Source of the DNA: a virus
Lineage: Duplodnaviria; Caudoviricetes
Length of the DNA stretch: 33,676 bases
Virus record (IMG/VR): IMGVR_UViG_3300032257_000075
Span: 1 to 33,676 of that record
Direction: 5' to 3' (one strand)
In this document: positions 1-9,937 of the stretch, piece by piece
Layout: each line of letters begins with the position of its first letter
Numbering within the stretch: position 1 is the stretch's first letter
The notes under the pieces: generated by a model
What the model was told of the DNA's origin: nothing
Seen by the model: only the letters and a program-made list of their open reading frames with translations
Database searches by the model: none
Made by a program: the position numbers and the translations under genes

Positions 1-127
1 TCAGCAGGTGGTAAAGAAGCATCTAAAGAAGAAGTAGAAGCTATACTAAACGATATCAAGAATAACAGCTCAGTAAAACTTATCCCCAAAGGTACTGGTA
101 AATACTACATTAAATATGGTGCAGGTT
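1..127. repeat. 127-bp terminal direct repeat (left copy), circular-assembly overlap
   Basis: Identical to 33550-33676; falls inside a coding frame; 127 is a common assembler k-mer length. Confidence 0.95.
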
Positions 128-177
128 ATATAGGGAATAGAGATGGAACTAACTTTATATTAGAGTATAAGGAATAG
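1..177 (+). CDS. C-terminal end of the internal virion protein that starts at 31630 and crosses the circular junction
   Basis: Frame 1 is open from base 1 to TAG at 175-177 and is in frame with the ORF from 31630. Confidence 0.85.
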   Translation, partial: SAGGKEASKEEVEAILNDIKNNSSVKLIPKGTGKYYIKYGAGYIGNRDGTNFILEYKE

Positions 178-179
178 CT

Positions 180-1706
180 ATGGATTATGTAAATACAGAA
201 GATCATGAAAATACAGGAAGCAAGACACGCTTTAACTTAGCCGATATAGGCTCACAAAGTTTTGGCGAGTCTGTATCTTTAGCATTTAAGAACTTTGCAT
301 CTACTGATTTATCTACATCTGGAATGAACTATAGAACTGATATCTTTAATGAGCAAGTAGATACAGCTATAAAAAGTGTAGATACACCATCTACAATGAA
401 AGAGTCTTTAGACTTTTACAAGAAGAACTACTATACACCAAGTGTAAGCAAACTAATACATCATGTAGATAGTGGTAGCATCTATAAAGATGATGCAGGT
501 GAATACCAAGGTAAAACACCTTTTGCTAGAAGCTTAATCGATAGTGATAGATACGCTTTAGATAGTGTGTTTAACTACAACGATACAGCAACAAACAACG
601 CTTTTAAAACACAAGACGAAATAAACGAAGAAGCTAAAGTACAATCTAAAGAAGATTTTCTATCTACTCAAAGAAAGCTAGAGAACACAGAAGGCTTTAT
701 GAATGGTGTAGCTAAGATGGCAGGTACTATGGGTGCAGCTATGACTGACCCACTTATACTAGCAACACTACCTCTAGGTGGAACTGTTAAGATGACTGGT
801 ACAGGTTTAGCGGCAGTAACTAAGACAGCAGGTGTTGCTGCACTACAAGAAGCTAAGATCGCAGCACTAGCAGAAGTTCCCATCCAGTTATCTGTATATG
901 ATTGGAAAAAAGAAATAGGTATAGATTATACTGTATACGATGCAATTATCAATGGTACTATAGGAATAGCATCAGCAGGTATTTTACGTGCAGGGGGTAG
1001 TGCTTTTATCGATGTAACTCCTACTGTACTATCTAAGTTTAAAAAACAAGCACAAGTAAAAGGTGATGTTGAAACAGTAGACATTATCGATGACTATGTA
1101 GCTATGAACAAAAGAAAAGCAGTAGACAACCCAGAAGAACATATAGAGATAATGAACGAAACTAGACGTGCTATAGAAGAAAATGATGTAGTAGATATTG
1201 CAGATGCTATCAGACGGTCAGAGAGCCAAAACAATATGGGTAAGCAACTTGAAGAAATGAACATAGCAGCTAAAGCAACTGAACGACCAGACGAAGTGAC
1301 TGTACGTGATTTAATGGATGGTGCTGCAAATAGACCTCTAAACGATGTAAACCAAAAACCTATGCAGATGCAAAAGACAGGTACAGATGATATGCCTGTA
1401 GTTGAAAAAGAAGTAACTAAAGCAAAGCCTGTTAAAAAAGAACCTACTTTAGAAGTAAAAACACAGCAACATGATCAACTAGAAAAGATGCAACTAGAAA
1501 AAGAAGGTCGTAGTGATTATGTAGATGCCAAGTATCAAGAAGCAGATGAGTTTCTAAAAGCACTAGAAGATGATATAATATTACCAGAAAAAGTTATAGA
1601 TGAAGATGGTAACGCAGTAATGAAAGCAACTAGCTTTAAAGAAGATATCGGTAGACTCACAGATGATGAGAACACCATTAATAAAATGTGGGAATGTGCA
1701 ATATGA
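180..1706 (+). CDS. Putative internal virion (ejection) protein
   Basis: 508 aa, Ala/Gly-rich central segment, lies between the tail tubular genes and tail fibre; AAGGA RBS. Confidence 0.6.
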   Translation: MDYVNTEDHENTGSKTRFNLADIGSQSFGESVSLAFKNFASTDLSTSGMNYRTDIFNEQVDTAIKSVDTPSTMKESLDFYKKNYYTPSVSKLIHHVDSGSIYKDDAGEYQGKTPFARSLIDSDRYALDSVFNYNDTATNNAFKTQDEINEEAKVQSKEDFLSTQRKLENTEGFMNGVAKMAGTMGAAMTDPLILATLPLGGTVKMTGTGLAAVTKTAGVAALQEAKIAALAEVPIQLSVYDWKKEIGIDYTVYDAIINGTIGIASAGILRAGGSAFIDVTPTVLSKFKKQAQVKGDVETVDIIDDYVAMNKRKAVDNPEEHIEIMNETRRAIEENDVVDIADAIRRSESQNNMGKQLEEMNIAAKATERPDEVTVRDLMDGAANRPLNDVNQKPMQMQKTGTDDMPVVEKEVTKAKPVKKEPTLEVKTQQHDQLEKMQLEKEGRSDYVDAKYQEADEFLKALEDDIILPEKVIDEDGNAVMKATSFKEDIGRLTDDENTINKMWECAI

Positions 1707-4129
1707 GTAAAAACTTAATAGATTGTGTTAATACAGCTATAAAAGATGGTTCACTTAGTAAAGAAGCAGGTGAAGATATCAAAGATTTTTACCAACGTGA
1801 GCTTACAGACAAAGGCAGAACAAAGCAAGAAGCAGCCAAAGAAGCTTTAGCTAATGCAGACTATGAAACTAAACGCAAAAAATTTAATAAAGTATTACAA
1901 GCACAAACACTACAAAAGATGGAAACACATATAGACAACTATATGAAGAACACAGCAGATGCTACTTATAAGATGGCTATGGATTCACTTATGACTAAAG
2001 ACCCTAGATTTGGAACTAAGCATACTTCTAATGTAGAGAGTAGAGCAGATGCTATTAACGGTATGGTAGCTGCTAAGTTTACTGATGCTATGGACGATAT
2101 GCGTTCTAAGATGGGTGGATTTAAACAAGATACTAAGATGGGTGATGATGTTATACGTGAAATCTTCGGTACAGATAGTGGTAGTCCTAAAGCAAAACTA
2201 TATTCTAAAGCATGGGCTGATGTAGCAGAAGAACTAAGACAACTATTTAATGGTGCAGGTGGTGCTATCGGTAAGTTGTCAGATTGGGGTATGCCACAAC
2301 GACACGACCAGTTCAAAATATCACGTGTAAGCTTTGATGATTGGAATGCTAAAATAAGTGACTATCTAGACTTTGATAAGATGGGTGTAGCACCTAAAGA
2401 TAGACTAGAGTATATGCAGTATGTACATGATACTATCGTTACAGGTGGTCTAAACAAGCTAGAAGTAGGTAAGCTACCTAAAGGTATATCTTCTGCTAAA
2501 GCAAACGCTCACAGAGAGCATAGAACACTATTTTTTAAAGATGGTGATAGTTGGTTAAAGTATCAAAAAGAATTTGGTACAGGTGATGCGTATAATGCTA
2601 TGACTGATCACATAAGAAGTATGAGTATGGATATATCTTTAATGGAGATATTCGGACCTAACCCACAAAAGAACTTTGACTACTTAATAGATGTAGGTAA
2701 AAAAGATCATGGTATGGGTAACATAGATATAAGCATGAGAGAGTCCATATTTAATGTAGTAAGCGGTAAAGTAGATAATACTGCGATGCTTACTAAAAAG
2801 GACTTTTGGGCTACTGTTACACTAGGTGGTATTCGTAGTTTAAACGTACTTACTATGCTAGGATCTGCTACTATCTCAGCTATCGGTGATGGTGCGTCTA
2901 TCTTTATGAACGCAGGTGTTAATAACATGAGTGGAACTAAGATGTTCTTAAAAGGCTTAAGAAATCTAGGTCAACAAGACAGAATAAAAACAGCTTCGAT
3001 GATGGGTATTGTAGCAGATGGGTGGAACGGTAGTATCACGTCACGTTATAGTGAGTTAGCTATAGGTAAATCTAGCGAATGGGCTGAAAGACTGTTACGT
3101 GTTAGTGGTCTAAACTTATGGACTGATGCACACCGTAAAGCTTTTAGCATGGAACTCATGGGTAAGATGGACGTAGAGGTTAAAAAAGGGTGGGATAATA
3201 TAGATAAAGGCTTTAAAAAGACACTAGAAAATAATGGTTTTTCTAAAGATGACTTTGATCTACTTAAACAAGCAGAATCATTTACTGCACGTGGTGAAGA
3301 TTTTGTATCTATTGAAAACATATCACAGCTACACAATAAAGTAAAAGGTGTTACCCCTGTACAATCAAGAGAATTATCACTTAAGATATTAGAGTTTACT
3401 AAGAATGAAACAGACATTGCAGTTATCACACCAGATGCAACTACTAGAGCTATTACTACAGGTGGTAGAGAAAAAGGAACTTTACAAGGTGAGGGTATCA
3501 GGTCGTTAATGCAATTTAAATCGTTTCCTATTGCAGTTATGTTAGCTCACTATAGACGTATGATGAGTATAGACAACGCTATGGGTAAAACAGCATACAC
3601 TGCTAAGTTTATGACACTAGGTTTAATATTTGGTGGTGTCGCTTTATGGGCTAATGATATCATCAAGGGTAAAGACCCACAGAAGATAGATGAAGGTTTT
3701 GCAGTAAGAGCATTACTTAAGAGTGGTGGTGCAGGTTTATTTGGTGACTTTATCCTACAAGATCAAAACAGATTCGGTGGCGATATCGTAGACACTATAG
3801 CAGGCCCTACTTTTAGCAGATTAAAAGACTTATCAAAACTTATAAGTAAGGGAGTCTATAAAAAGATAGAAGGCGAAGATAGTAACTTTCTAGCAGAGTT
3901 AGCTAAGTATGGAAAGTCCGTAACTCCTGCACAAAATCTATGGTACATACGTGCCATATTAGAACGTGCTATCTTTGATGAGGTTAGAAACTTAGCCGAC
4001 CCTATGTATAAGGTAAGGAAAATGAGAAGGCAAGCAAAAGAGCAAGCAGAAACAGGTAACGACTTCTACTGGGGTATTGGTGAAACTTTACCTAGTCGTA
4101 GTCCTAAATTTAACGTATTGGAGAAATAA
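1703..4129 (+). CDS. Large internal virion (ejection) protein, epsilon15/phiV10-like
   Basis: Likely start ATG 1703 (ATGA overlap with upstream stop); motifs WGMPQRHD and GTLQGEGIRSLMQFKSFP recall epsilon15-type core proteins; position before tail fibre. Confidence 0.7.
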   Translation: MSKNLIDCVNTAIKDGSLSKEAGEDIKDFYQRELTDKGRTKQEAAKEALANADYETKRKKFNKVLQAQTLQKMETHIDNYMKNTADATYKMAMDSLMTKDPRFGTKHTSNVESRADAINGMVAAKFTDAMDDMRSKMGGFKQDTKMGDDVIREIFGTDSGSPKAKLYSKAWADVAEELRQLFNGAGGAIGKLSDWGMPQRHDQFKISRVSFDDWNAKISDYLDFDKMGVAPKDRLEYMQYVHDTIVTGGLNKLEVGKLPKGISSAKANAHREHRTLFFKDGDSWLKYQKEFGTGDAYNAMTDHIRSMSMDISLMEIFGPNPQKNFDYLIDVGKKDHGMGNIDISMRESIFNVVSGKVDNTAMLTKKDFWATVTLGGIRSLNVLTMLGSATISAIGDGASIFMNAGVNNMSGTKMFLKGLRNLGQQDRIKTASMMGIVADGWNGSITSRYSELAIGKSSEWAERLLRVSGLNLWTDAHRKAFSMELMGKMDVEVKKGWDNIDKGFKKTLENNGFSKDDFDLLKQAESFTARGEDFVSIENISQLHNKVKGVTPVQSRELSLKILEFTKNETDIAVITPDATTRAITTGGREKGTLQGEGIRSLMQFKSFPIAVMLAHYRRMMSIDNAMGKTAYTAKFMTLGLIFGGVALWANDIIKGKDPQKIDEGFAVRALLKSGGAGLFGDFILQDQNRFGGDIVDTIAGPTFSRLKDLSKLISKGVYKKIEGEDSNFLAELAKYGKSVTPAQNLWYIRAILERAIFDEVRNLADPMYKVRKMRRQAKEQAETGNDFYWGIGETLPSRSPKFNVLEK

Positions 4130-5529
4130 TGGCATTTAACACAACAGAAGGTAGAGCTGAGTATTTAGCAAGCTCAGGACAAACAGTTTTTTCCTTTAAC
4201 TTTAGGATATTCAAAACATCAGACGTACTAGTCTATAAAACTACTAATGGTATAGAACCTAATGAAGAAGATGATTTACTAACAGAGACTACTGATTACA
4301 CAGTAACTATAGATGGTGCAAACGGTGGTTTTATCACTTTAACTACAGGTGCAGTAACAGATGATGCGGTAACTATACAACGTAGTCTAGAAATTAATCG
4401 TCTTATCGAGTACCAAGAAAGAGGGGACTTAACAGCATCTAACCTTAATGATGATCAAGAGTATCAAACATACCTTATTGCAGATCAAGGTGATAAAGAG
4501 AGTCGCTCTCTTGTTTTTGATAAAGCAGCACAAAATGTAGATGGTACTGTGCCTGCACCAGTTGCACTTAATTTCCTCCAATGGAACAGTAATGGTACAA
4601 GATTACAAAATGTAAACTCTTTACAGATGGATGGTTTTATTTGGACTGCTGCAGAAGTTTATACTCAAACAGAAATAGATGTGTTATTAGATTTAAAAGC
4701 GGACCAAGATACTACTTATACTAAGTCAGAAGTAGATTTACTAGTAGGCACAAAAGTTAGACAAACTGTAAATGTATCCACAGTAGATGCCAATGGATAT
4801 CCAGACTTCATTTCAATAGGTACTGGACTAGCAGTAGATATTGCAGCTACTACAATACCATTATCTATTAATGCTTCTGGTGGTTTATCGTCTAATGATA
4901 GATTAGGTACTTTATCCGCTGATACTTCTATAGCAGGGCTAACTGCAAGCGATACAAATTATCTCTATGCGGATATTGACTCTTTAGGAGCAGTGACGTT
5001 AGGTCATACCATACTTGAACCTGTTTACCAATTTGGAGGAACTTATTCGATAGTATTAGATCAAGCTACTTTCAATACCTCAGAAATGACAATGAAAGTA
5101 GGAGATGGAGCAACAGCTAATCAAGCTTACAGAGTGTTTATAGGTGAAGCTGTAACAGATGCAACAACAGTTACAAGTGTTGTTAATTATGCTTTAAATG
5201 GTCTATATGATAGTGGTTGGACACCAACACTACCAAACATTGGTGTAGCTGTTTCTAAGAACCATAATGTAGGTACTTATGATATATCATCTATTTTTAA
5301 AGTGCAATGCCTAGTGGCTGAGTTTGGTTATTCTATAGGCGATATTGTGTATGCATCAGGAAGTTCTGCAAGTGCTATTCCAACAAATATATATGAAGGA
5401 AAAAATACTGTTGGATTGACAGTAAACGCAGCAGGTAGATTATCAGCTCAAAACAAGACTACAGGAACAAATGCTTTATTAACATTAGCAAGTTGGTCTT
5501 ATAAATTTATATCTAAAAGGAATTTTTAA
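4129..5529 (+). CDS. Tail fibre protein with T7 gp17-like N-terminal anchor
   Basis: N-terminus GQTVFSFNFRIF...DYTVT...VTIQRS...GDLTASNLNDD; YTxxEV/ID repeats; Thr/Gly-rich beta C-terminus. Confidence 0.85.
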   Translation: MAFNTTEGRAEYLASSGQTVFSFNFRIFKTSDVLVYKTTNGIEPNEEDDLLTETTDYTVTIDGANGGFITLTTGAVTDDAVTIQRSLEINRLIEYQERGDLTASNLNDDQEYQTYLIADQGDKESRSLVFDKAAQNVDGTVPAPVALNFLQWNSNGTRLQNVNSLQMDGFIWTAAEVYTQTEIDVLLDLKADQDTTYTKSEVDLLVGTKVRQTVNVSTVDANGYPDFISIGTGLAVDIAATTIPLSINASGGLSSNDRLGTLSADTSIAGLTASDTNYLYADIDSLGAVTLGHTILEPVYQFGGTYSIVLDQATFNTSEMTMKVGDGATANQAYRVFIGEAVTDATTVTSVVNYALNGLYDSGWTPTLPNIGVAVSKNHNVGTYDISSIFKVQCLVAEFGYSIGDIVYASGSSASAIPTNIYEGKNTVGLTVNAAGRLSAQNKTTGTNALLTLASWSYKFISKRNF

Positions 5530-5915
5530 TGTTTACAAGTGATAATGGGTTAACATTTTATGTAGGTGATATGCAAGCAGGTGATAGAGAAGCCACACAA
5601 GACGAAATAAATTCTAAGCTAATGAAAGAAGCATATTTTGATATCGAAGTAGCTATATATAAGCTACTAGATGAAACAGCCCTTTCATTTGGGTTCAAAA
5701 GCCCTTATCCTATGGATAGAGCAGCAGGTTATAAAGGTAGTGCAATCCTTAAGTATGCCACTTTTGCAACAACCCTAACAGATTGGAGAGATTTAATATT
5801 TAATTATGTAGAAGCACAGGAGCAAGAGATACTGATCGGTAATCGTCCTATGCCAACAGTTGATGAAATGTTAGCAGAGTTAGCACTAAACTTTCCTACA
5901 CCAATAAAGCCTTAA
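5529..5915 (+). CDS. Tail fibre-associated protein (assembly chaperone-like)
   Basis: Coupled to tail fibre by TAATG overlap; C-terminal WRD...MPTVDEMLAEL-type motif. Confidence 0.55.
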   Translation: MFTSDNGLTFYVGDMQAGDREATQDEINSKLMKEAYFDIEVAIYKLLDETALSFGFKSPYPMDRAAGYKGSAILKYATFATTLTDWRDLIFNYVEAQEQEILIGNRPMPTVDEMLAELALNFPTPIKP

Positions 5916-5923
5916 AAGAATTA

Positions 5924-6571
5924 CTATGTAAAGTTTAATGTATGTGGAAGATCATTATCTTTTACATACTTATCATAGGCTATAGCACCATCTTTCGCTA
6001 TTTTAAAATATCCTATCCATTTATATTTTCCATTTACTCCAACTTGAACAGAAAATTTGTGATGTTTTTTTGAGTAACTTACACCTCTATATCCACTTGT
6101 ATTATTGGATCTAATTTTCCTTGTATTCGAGCTTTGAACATTTTGCGTAGTATACCTACAATTTTTAGGCTCGTAATTCCCATCATTGTCTATTCTATCT
6201 ATCGATAACCCACTTTCATATCCATTTTCTAAAGACCATTTTATGAATAATTCAGGAGAATTAATCCACTCATCACAAATAACTATACCTCTACCACCAT
6301 AACTATCATAATGTTTATTATTTTCATTTAAGCATCTTCCTTTAATAGACTTCCATACTTTATATATGTCAGTATGAGAAAACCCGTGTTTACGTAATTG
6401 GCTCTTTCTTAACGTAGAAAATTGACATCCACAGCTTTTCTGAACCTTAATGCTATCAAAAGAGCATTTAAAATGAGATTCACAGAAAGGACATTCATAT
6501 ATTCCAAATCTTCTTTTCCTATTACTTGTTAATTTTGGGAAGATAGTTCCTAAATCTCTAATTAGCTTCAT
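5924..6571 (-). CDS. HNH endonuclease with C-terminal AP2 domain (free-standing homing endonuclease-like)
   Basis: YGGRGI.ICDEW, SIDRIDNDGNYEPKNCR (HNH), NTSGYRGVS...IGYF...AIAYD (AP2); probable start ATG 6571 after AAGGA RBS. Confidence 0.9.
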   Translation of the reverse strand: MKLIRDLGTIFPKLTSNRKRRFGIYECPFCESHFKCSFDSIKVQKSCGCQFSTLRKSQLRKHGFSHTDIYKVWKSIKGRCLNENNKHYDSYGGRGIVICDEWINSPELFIKWSLENGYESGLSIDRIDNDGNYEPKNCRYTTQNVQSSNTRKIRSNNTSGYRGVSYSKKHHKFSVQVGVNGKYKWIGYFKIAKDGAIAYDKYVKDNDLPHTLNFT

Positions 6572-6685
6572 TGTAATATCCTTATATGATATAAAGATAC
6601 AGCACTTTAATTTCAAGTGCTTGTAGGTCTTACCATTTCACTGGTTTTATAGTATAATAATACCATAATTAAATCAGGAGTCCAA

Positions 6686-7060
6686 ATGAGAACAGTTTAT
6701 AAGATATTATTTTTCCCTATAGGGTTTATGTATATGTTTGTAGTATCACTACATATCATGCCTCTACTTTATGCTAGAAATCGTATGGGCTACCCAGCCT
6801 TTATTATCATGTGGCTTGTTTATCTAGCTATGGCAATCATGTTTTTTTGGAATAAGCAGATCATGAGCAACTTAAACATGATTAATCGTGTAGCTAATAC
6901 GTTCATGGGATATGATGGGTTCAAGACTGTATCTAGTGAGTTAGGACGAAGAATAGATAATAATGAAGCATCATGGATAGCCTGTTTGCATTGTCGTATA
7001 TTAGCCATTTATGACAAACGTATGTATCACTGTTCTACAAAGGCTACAAGATTATTCTAA
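6686..7060 (+). CDS. Hypothetical membrane protein
   Basis: Two hydrophobic N-terminal segments; AGGAG RBS. Confidence 0.6.
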   Translation: MRTVYKILFFPIGFMYMFVVSLHIMPLLYARNRMGYPAFIIMWLVYLAMAIMFFWNKQIMSNLNMINRVANTFMGYDGFKTVSSELGRRIDNNEASWIACLHCRILAIYDKRMYHCSTKATRLF

Positions 7061-7121
7061 GTGATTATGCTCTATTCATACCTATACAGATGGTTTTAAT
7101 AACATTTATCATCGTAGCTTA

Positions 7122-7130
7122 TGTTATAAT
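7122..7130 (+). promoter_or_regulatory. Extended -10 promoter
   Basis: TGTTATAAT in the intergenic gap upstream of ATG 7151. Confidence 0.55.
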
Positions 7131-7150
7131 GACTAAAACAAAGGCTGAAA

Positions 7151-7318
7151 ATGAAGAAAGTAATTAAAAGTATATGGAATAGTTTCAAGACTAAGCCACT
7201 AAAGTTTGGCTTAGGTATGTTATTGGCATCTTTGTCTTTATATATGTTTTTTGGTAACATTAAATTTAAAGCATCTTATGATGATGTTAAAGTAGAGATT
7301 GCAACGGACTCAAAATAA
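7151..7318 (+). CDS. Small single-TM protein (55 aa), holin candidate; not in ORF track
   Basis: MKKVIKSIWNSFKTKPLKFGLGMLLASLSLYMFFGNIK...; AAGG RBS; TAATG overlap with next gene. Confidence 0.6.
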   Translation: MKKVIKSIWNSFKTKPLKFGLGMLLASLSLYMFFGNIKFKASYDDVKVEIATDSK

Positions 7319-7566
7319 TGGAACTAAGAAGTGGTGTGTTTGTAAACTTTATTATGTCGGGAAGATGTAAAACAAAAGAAGATTACGCACACCTAAAAGA
7401 AGTAAACCCTTATCCTCCTAGATTTGGTAGAAATTGGTGGACTTGGAAACCATTATTAAAGACAAATTTTAGGCTAAAGAAAGACACTATAACCTTATTC
7501 CAATTTACTTGGTTTTGTTTCACTCTCGACTATACAGATTTCAATAAGGCAAGAAAGTTATGTTAA
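7318..7566 (+). CDS. Hypothetical protein
   Basis: 82-aa ORF coupled to both neighbours. Confidence 0.55.
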   Translation: MELRSGVFVNFIMSGRCKTKEDYAHLKEVNPYPPRFGRNWWTWKPLLKTNFRLKKDTITLFQFTWFCFTLDYTDFNKARKLC

Positions 7567-7802
7567 AACTACTATTTCAACACAACTTAATACCATACCT
7601 ACTTATAGTAGTATTTGCTTTTTACTTCATGTATGATAAATATACAGACTATAAAAACCTATCAGAGAAACAAGCCTCAGAACTCATAGGAGCATACGAA
7701 GCTATGGCATCTATACAGTTAGCTAATGAAGCACGTTTAAGTGCCTTAGAGGGTGCAAGAATAAGCAAGTGGAAGGAAGGACACAATGAAGGCAAGTATT
7801 AG
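7560..7802 (+). CDS. Putative inner-membrane spanin (Rz-like)
   Basis: N-terminal TM segment then helical region; overlaps downstream lipoprotein gene. Confidence 0.55.
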   Translation: MLKLLFQHNLIPYLLIVVFAFYFMYDKYTDYKNLSEKQASELIGAYEAMASIQLANEARLSALEGARISKWKEGHNEGKY

Positions 7803-8025
7803 CATTTTAGTTGTACTTATGTTTTCAGGCTGTTATACTCCTATGCCTAAAGTAAAGATGAAAGAGTACGACCCTTTATTGGTATCTTTTAACTATAACT
7901 CATCTGAAAATAAAGTATCTATCAAGCCTTCAATGTTTGAAAACATATTAGAAAGACTTATAAATTTAAGAACAGATAATAATATTTGTGCTTCAACAGT
8001 AAATAAACATACCTTAGTTAAATAA
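7786..8025 (+). CDS. Putative outer-membrane spanin lipoprotein (Rz1-like)
   Basis: Signal peptide ending in lipobox FSGC. Confidence 0.6.
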   Translation: MKASISILVVLMFSGCYTPMPKVKMKEYDPLLVSFNYNSSENKVSIKPSMFENILERLINLRTDNNICASTVNKHTLVK

Positions 8026-8028
8026 GTA

Positions 8029-8037
8029 TGCTATAAT
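8029..8037 (+). promoter_or_regulatory. Extended -10 promoter
   Basis: TGCTATAAT upstream of ATG 8065. Confidence 0.6.
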
Positions 8038-8064
8038 AAATAAATTAAAAAACTAAGGCTATTC

Positions 8065-8682
8065 ATGCGTTCTACTATAGAAGATGATAACATTCCTGAT
8101 CCTAACGCTTTTCTATTTAATGATGATGGTCATGTAACACCTCAACTATTAGTATCTTTCATGGGTAACATGAGTAGAAGTATTGGTAGTGTAAGTGAAG
8201 CATTAGTTCATAACACAAAGCGAATGGACATATTTCAAGACAGTTTAGAAAAACTTGTAGAAGCAGAGATAGATAGAAAACTAGCTCACCAAGAAACGAT
8301 GCAAAACGTATCTAGGATAGATAGTAGAATTAATGATAGAAGAGATGAGAACGTAGAAACCAAACTAATAGCAAATAAAGCTCATTCAAGGATTGATGAA
8401 CTTGAAAGAGGTATGACATTAGCTTGCAAAGAAAAGACTACAGAGCATACTGAGTACACAGATAACGCATTAAAAAAATCATTTAATACGATATATGTAG
8501 TTACTGGTGCAGTTTGGGTTATATCAGCATTTCTTATAACTATCATATTAAACCAAAATGCAACATCAACACAAGATGTGAAAAATACAATCAAGTCATT
8601 AAGTGATGATGTTAAAGTCAATACACTAAACATATCTAAAACATATCAAACACTAAAACTTTCAATAGGTGGTAAACAATGA
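8065..8682 (+). CDS. Coiled-coil protein with one TM segment, lysis-associated
   Basis: TM IYVVTGAVWVISAFLITIIL; ATGA overlap with endolysin. Confidence 0.55.
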   Translation: MRSTIEDDNIPDPNAFLFNDDGHVTPQLLVSFMGNMSRSIGSVSEALVHNTKRMDIFQDSLEKLVEAEIDRKLAHQETMQNVSRIDSRINDRRDENVETKLIANKAHSRIDELERGMTLACKEKTTEHTEYTDNALKKSFNTIYVVTGAVWVISAFLITIILNQNATSTQDVKNTIKSLSDDVKVNTLNISKTYQTLKLSIGGKQ

Positions 8683-9032
8683 GATTTTTTCAAGATTACG
8701 AACGTCAATGTAAATGCTGTGGAGAAGTAGTTAACAATCCAGTGCTAGAAGAAATGATAGATAAAGCCAGACGTTTAGCAGGGATACCTTTTATCGTTAC
8801 ATCATGGTATAGATGCGAAGATCACAACATAGAAGTAGGTGGTAGCCCTACATCGTCACACGTAACAGGCAAAGCTATCGATATCCAATATAAGAATAGC
8901 GTAGACCTATTTAAGATAGTTAAAGCTCTAATTGGTGCAGGTTTTACACGTATAGGCATTAACCACTCAAAGAAGTTTGTTCATACGGATATTGATATGA
9001 ATAAGATACAGGACGTTATTTTCACTTATTAA
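8679..9032 (+). CDS. Endolysin, peptidase M15 family
   Basis: CKCCG, VTSWYRCEDHN.EVGG..SSHVTGKAIDI, FVHTD zinc-peptidase motifs. Confidence 0.9.
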   Translation: MRFFQDYERQCKCCGEVVNNPVLEEMIDKARRLAGIPFIVTSWYRCEDHNIEVGGSPTSSHVTGKAIDIQYKNSVDLFKIVKALIGAGFTRIGINHSKKFVHTDIDMNKIQDVIFTY

Positions 9033-9567
9033 ATATATACTCATGAAACTTATACACAAACTCCTCTTGTCTTTGTTTCTTTAGTGATAACCTGCGCTCT
9101 CTCATAACACGTATATCATCGCTAATAGGCTCATAGTTACGTGCTATAAAGTTTCTGGGTCGATCAGTCATACCCAAACACAGTCTACAAGATACCTTAC
9201 TACTATAGAAGCACTCTTTATCTTTAATAGTGTCGCAGGTTTTACAGTATCTTTTCCCGTCCATTATAAATCCATAATTAGAACCACTTCTACCATGATA
9301 CTTATTTTTTAAAGTACGTTGGCTAGTATTAAAACATTCTCTACAACTAGCTTTTATCGAACCATTGTTATTTTTCCCGTATGCTTCAAACTTATTTTTA
9401 CTTTCACCACAAGTCAAGCAGTTCTGATATGTTATAACTCCATCTTCAACATAAGCTTTATGTTCTTCATGCTGTATACATTGTCTACAAGTGAGATTAC
9501 CTTTTTTAAATGCCATAAAACCTTTTAAGGTATTACAGCTATTACACTTTCTTTTACTATACTCCAT
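9022..9567 (-). CDS. Zinc-ribbon repeat protein (three CxxC...CxxC units)
   Basis: CNSC/CRQC, CLTC/CREC, CKTC/CRLC. Confidence 0.75.
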   Translation of the reverse strand: MEYSKRKCNSCNTLKGFMAFKKGNLTCRQCIQHEEHKAYVEDGVITYQNCLTCGESKNKFEAYGKNNNGSIKASCRECFNTSQRTLKNKYHGRSGSNYGFIMDGKRYCKTCDTIKDKECFYSSKVSCRLCLGMTDRPRNFIARNYEPISDDIRVMRERRLSLKKQRQEEFVYKFHEYIFNK

Positions 9568-9568
9568 A

Positions 9569-9937
9569 TTAAGCCCACACCATATTATCCCACTTATCTA
9601 CAAACTTTCGTTGATCTTCTTTAGATAACACTTTAGTAACACCTATACGCTTAATACTCATGGAGTCTTTAACATAACTCTTTCTTCTATATTCTCTATT
9701 GTATTTCTTTTGGCACCCGTGACAAACAGATGGATATAATCCGTTTATTTTAACCCTCACATAAGTGGTAAATACATTTGTTTTCTTCTCACATTTAGTA
9801 CAAGTTCTATACCATACAGTACAGCCCTCTTCCCATTGCTTTAATCGTTTCTCAGTATAACAAATAGAACACATATCATCATCATATCTATATGACTTTT
9901 TGATTTTGCCTATACCACAACCTTTACATGGTTTCAT
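9569..9937 (-). CDS. Zinc-ribbon repeat protein (two units)
   Basis: CKGC/CSIC, CTKC/CHGC. Confidence 0.75.
   Translation of the reverse strand: MKPCKGCGIGKIKKSYRYDDDMCSICYTEKRLKQWEEGCTVWYRTCTKCEKKTNVFTTYVRVKINGLYPSVCHGCQKKYNREYRRKSYVKDSMSIKRIGVTKVLSKEDQRKFVDKWDNMVWA

Noticed and set aside
1-127. 127-bp repeat as biological terminal repeats
   Set aside because: Length equals a common assembler k-mer and it lies mid-gene; best read as circular overlap
668-3429. Minus-strand ORFs 668-883, 1966-2316, 2707-2928, 3046-3429 and similar shadows over structural genes (e.g. 21583, 23917, 26823, 29850, 32415, 33207)
   Set aside because: They lie antisense within long, well-supported genes and lack recognisable motifs; shadow ORFs
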